From IMG/VR virus record IMGVR_UViG_3300029996_000156, positions 1-5,230 of that record: 5,230 nt of DNA. The stretch is one strand, 5' to 3'. The position numbers were made by a program, and so were the translations under genes. Every line of letters starts with the position of its first letter. Positions within the stretch are counted from its first letter, which is position 1. Source of the stretch: a virus. The notes beneath the pieces were generated by a model. That model worked only from the letters and a program-made list of their open reading frames with translations, made no database searches and was not told the origin of the DNA. Positions 4,395-5,230 of the stretch are shown here, piece after piece.

Positions 4395-4523
4395 ATGATT
4401 ACTTGGATGGGTCAGCTCATTGATTTCTATGAGTCTCAGCCCATTCTCCTTGTCTTCGTGATTCTCACTATCGCGGGCATCGTTCTCCGTATCCTCCGCC
4501 GCTGGATTCCCGGTCGTTCCTAA
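4395..4523 (+). CDS. Major coat protein candidate (Pf3-like, no signal peptide): MITWMGQLIDFYESQPILLVFVILTIAGIVLRILRRWIPGRS. The start codon is uncertain.
   Basis: It has an acidic N-terminus, a hydrophobic core and a basic C-terminus (4 Arg in the last 11 residues), the classic inovirus coat layout. A strong terminator follows directly, as it does after Ff gene VIII. The frame stays open and coding-like back to 4329, and the RBS before ATG 4395 is weak (GGTGAG, 12 nt away). Confidence 0.5.
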   Translation: MITWMGQLIDFYESQPILLVFVILTIAGIVLRILRRWIPGRS

Positions 4524-4533
4524 CGATTGAGAG

Positions 4534-4572
4534 AAAACGCCGCCGACCATTTTTAATGGTCGGCGACGTTTT
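4534..4572 (+). terminator. Long hairpin terminator or attenuator between the coat cluster and the assembly ATPase gene
   Basis: AAAACGcCGCCGACCAT-tttta-ATGGTCGGCGaCGTTTT gives 17 positions with one C.A mismatch, including a perfect 10-bp GC-rich core (4541-4550 / 4556-4565) and a trailing T run. The zot RBS GAAAGGA starts at 4581. Confidence 0.65.
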
Positions 4573-4596
4573 CGCATTTAGAAAGGATTATATGTT

Positions 4597-5211
4597 ATGC
4601 TTTATGGTATTCTTGTCTTTTGCATTTGTTGGCTTTTTGTTTATATCGATAGCTATTGCAAAAACCCCTACAAACTTGAGGCTGTTGTTGGTTCAAAAGG
4701 CTCTGGCAAGTCTTTGTATATGTCTCGTGTTGCTGATAAGTGGCTACGTGCTAATAAGGGGCTTATCTATAGTAATATGGGTATTGGTTACGAGTTAGAG
4801 CCGGAATACTGGAAACAGACCTTTATTCCTGATTCCCTTATTCTCATTGACGAAATTGGCGTGCTGCACTCTAATCGTGATTTTAAAACTATGCCCCGTG
4901 AAGCTGTCGAGTTTTTCAAGATGCAGCGCAAATATCATTTGACGATTATTGTATCGTCTCAGACCATGGACTTTGATAAAAAGATACGTGACCTTTGTGA
5001 CCGCATTTACCTCTGCAACCGCATTGGCTGGTTCTGCCGTCTTACTCCCTATCGCTCCTGTATCGCTATGGAACATCGGCCCGAGGGCGGCCAAGAGCTC
5101 GTCAACACGGTGCGCAAGGCAGGTCGGGCAAGGTGGTATACCATCCCCAAGTCCGTGAAGCAGGTAAGTGCCTTAGAATACGATACAGAGCAGATTATTA
5201 GTAAGCAATAA
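4597..5211 (+). CDS. Zot / pI-family morphogenesis ATPase (P-loop NTPase)
   Basis: Walker A GSKGSGKS, Walker B-like SLILIDE, and an N-terminal hydrophobic helix MLYGILVFCICWLFVYI. The GAAAGGA RBS ends 9 nt before the ATG. TAA stop at 5209-5211. Confidence 0.88.
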   Translation: MLYGILVFCICWLFVYIDSYCKNPYKLEAVVGSKGSGKSLYMSRVADKWLRANKGLIYSNMGIGYELEPEYWKQTFIPDSLILIDEIGVLHSNRDFKTMPREAVEFFKMQRKYHLTIIVSSQTMDFDKKIRDLCDRIYLCNRIGWFCRLTPYRSCIAMEHRPEGGQELVNTVRKAGRARWYTIPKSVKQVSALEYDTEQIISKQ

Positions 5212-5230
5212 GTTGCTTCGTTTTGTTGCG
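5143..5230. repeat. Terminal direct repeat, copy 2 (identical to 1-88)
   Basis: Same 88-bp string as 1-88, at an offset of 5142 bp. Confidence 0.97.

Larger units (their letters stand above)
1..5142 (+). mobile_element. Complete circular inovirus-like (filamentous ssDNA phage, or phage-plasmid) genome with a unit length of 5142 bp
   Basis: An exact 88-bp terminal overlap indicates circular closure. The genome combines an HUH rolling-circle Rep, a Zot/pI-type ATPase, a large secreted anchored protein and several 37-55 aa single-TM proteins. The morphogenesis block has a T-rich coding strand. No integrase, secretin or dsDNA-phage genes are present. Confidence 0.75.

Noticed and set aside
4266-4577. 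103-aa minus-strand ORF
   Set aside because: It is antisense to the coat-like ORF and the terminator. It is Arg/Lys/Glu-rich with no RBS and would read through the hairpin.
4556-4798. 80-aa hydrophobic ORF overlapping the zot start
   Set aside because: It starts inside the terminator hairpin with no RBS. T-rich sequence gives Phe/Leu-rich peptides in any frame, and the Walker-motif frame (4597-5211) explains this region.

Overview
The window is one complete small circular replicon of 5142 bp plus an 88-bp assembly overlap: bases 1-88 are identical to 5143-5230. Gene content matches a minimal filamentous (inovirus-like) ssDNA phage of a probably Gram-positive host. The host guess rests on strong GGAGG-type ribosome binding sites, the absence of a secretin gene, and a plasmid-type Rep. 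Plus-strand genes, in order: a pMV158/RepB-type HUH rolling-circle initiator (1215-1769); a 66-aa protein in the ssDNA-binding-protein position (1776-1976); a full-length tRNA-Gln(CUG) (1985-2058); a 391-aa Ser-rich secreted, C-terminally anchored pIII-like adsorption protein (2106-3281); a chain of small membrane proteins joined by ATGA/TGATG overlaps (3278-3409, 3403-3570, 3567-4181, 4181-4294); a Pf3-like coat candidate (about 4395-4523); a long hairpin terminator (4534-4572); and a Zot/pI-type Walker ATPase (4597-5211, wrapping to 1-69). A two-gene cassette of small proteins (440-676 and 158-424) lies on the minus strand. It is driven by a near-consensus promoter embedded in TTCTAT repeats spaced 20 bp apart and is closed by a bidirectional terminator. 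The 677-1214 intergenic region is structured, with GC-rich hairpins, two GCTACGT motifs resembling the pMV158 nick core, a TAGCGT (ssoA CS-6-like) motif and TTTGTAG/CTACAAA iterons, so it is probably the replication origin region. The points most worth follow-up are the tRNA inside a 5-kb phage with a marked CAA/CAG codon split around it, the antisense small-protein cassette, and the origin architecture. All functional calls rest on motifs and architecture read by eye. No database search was possible.
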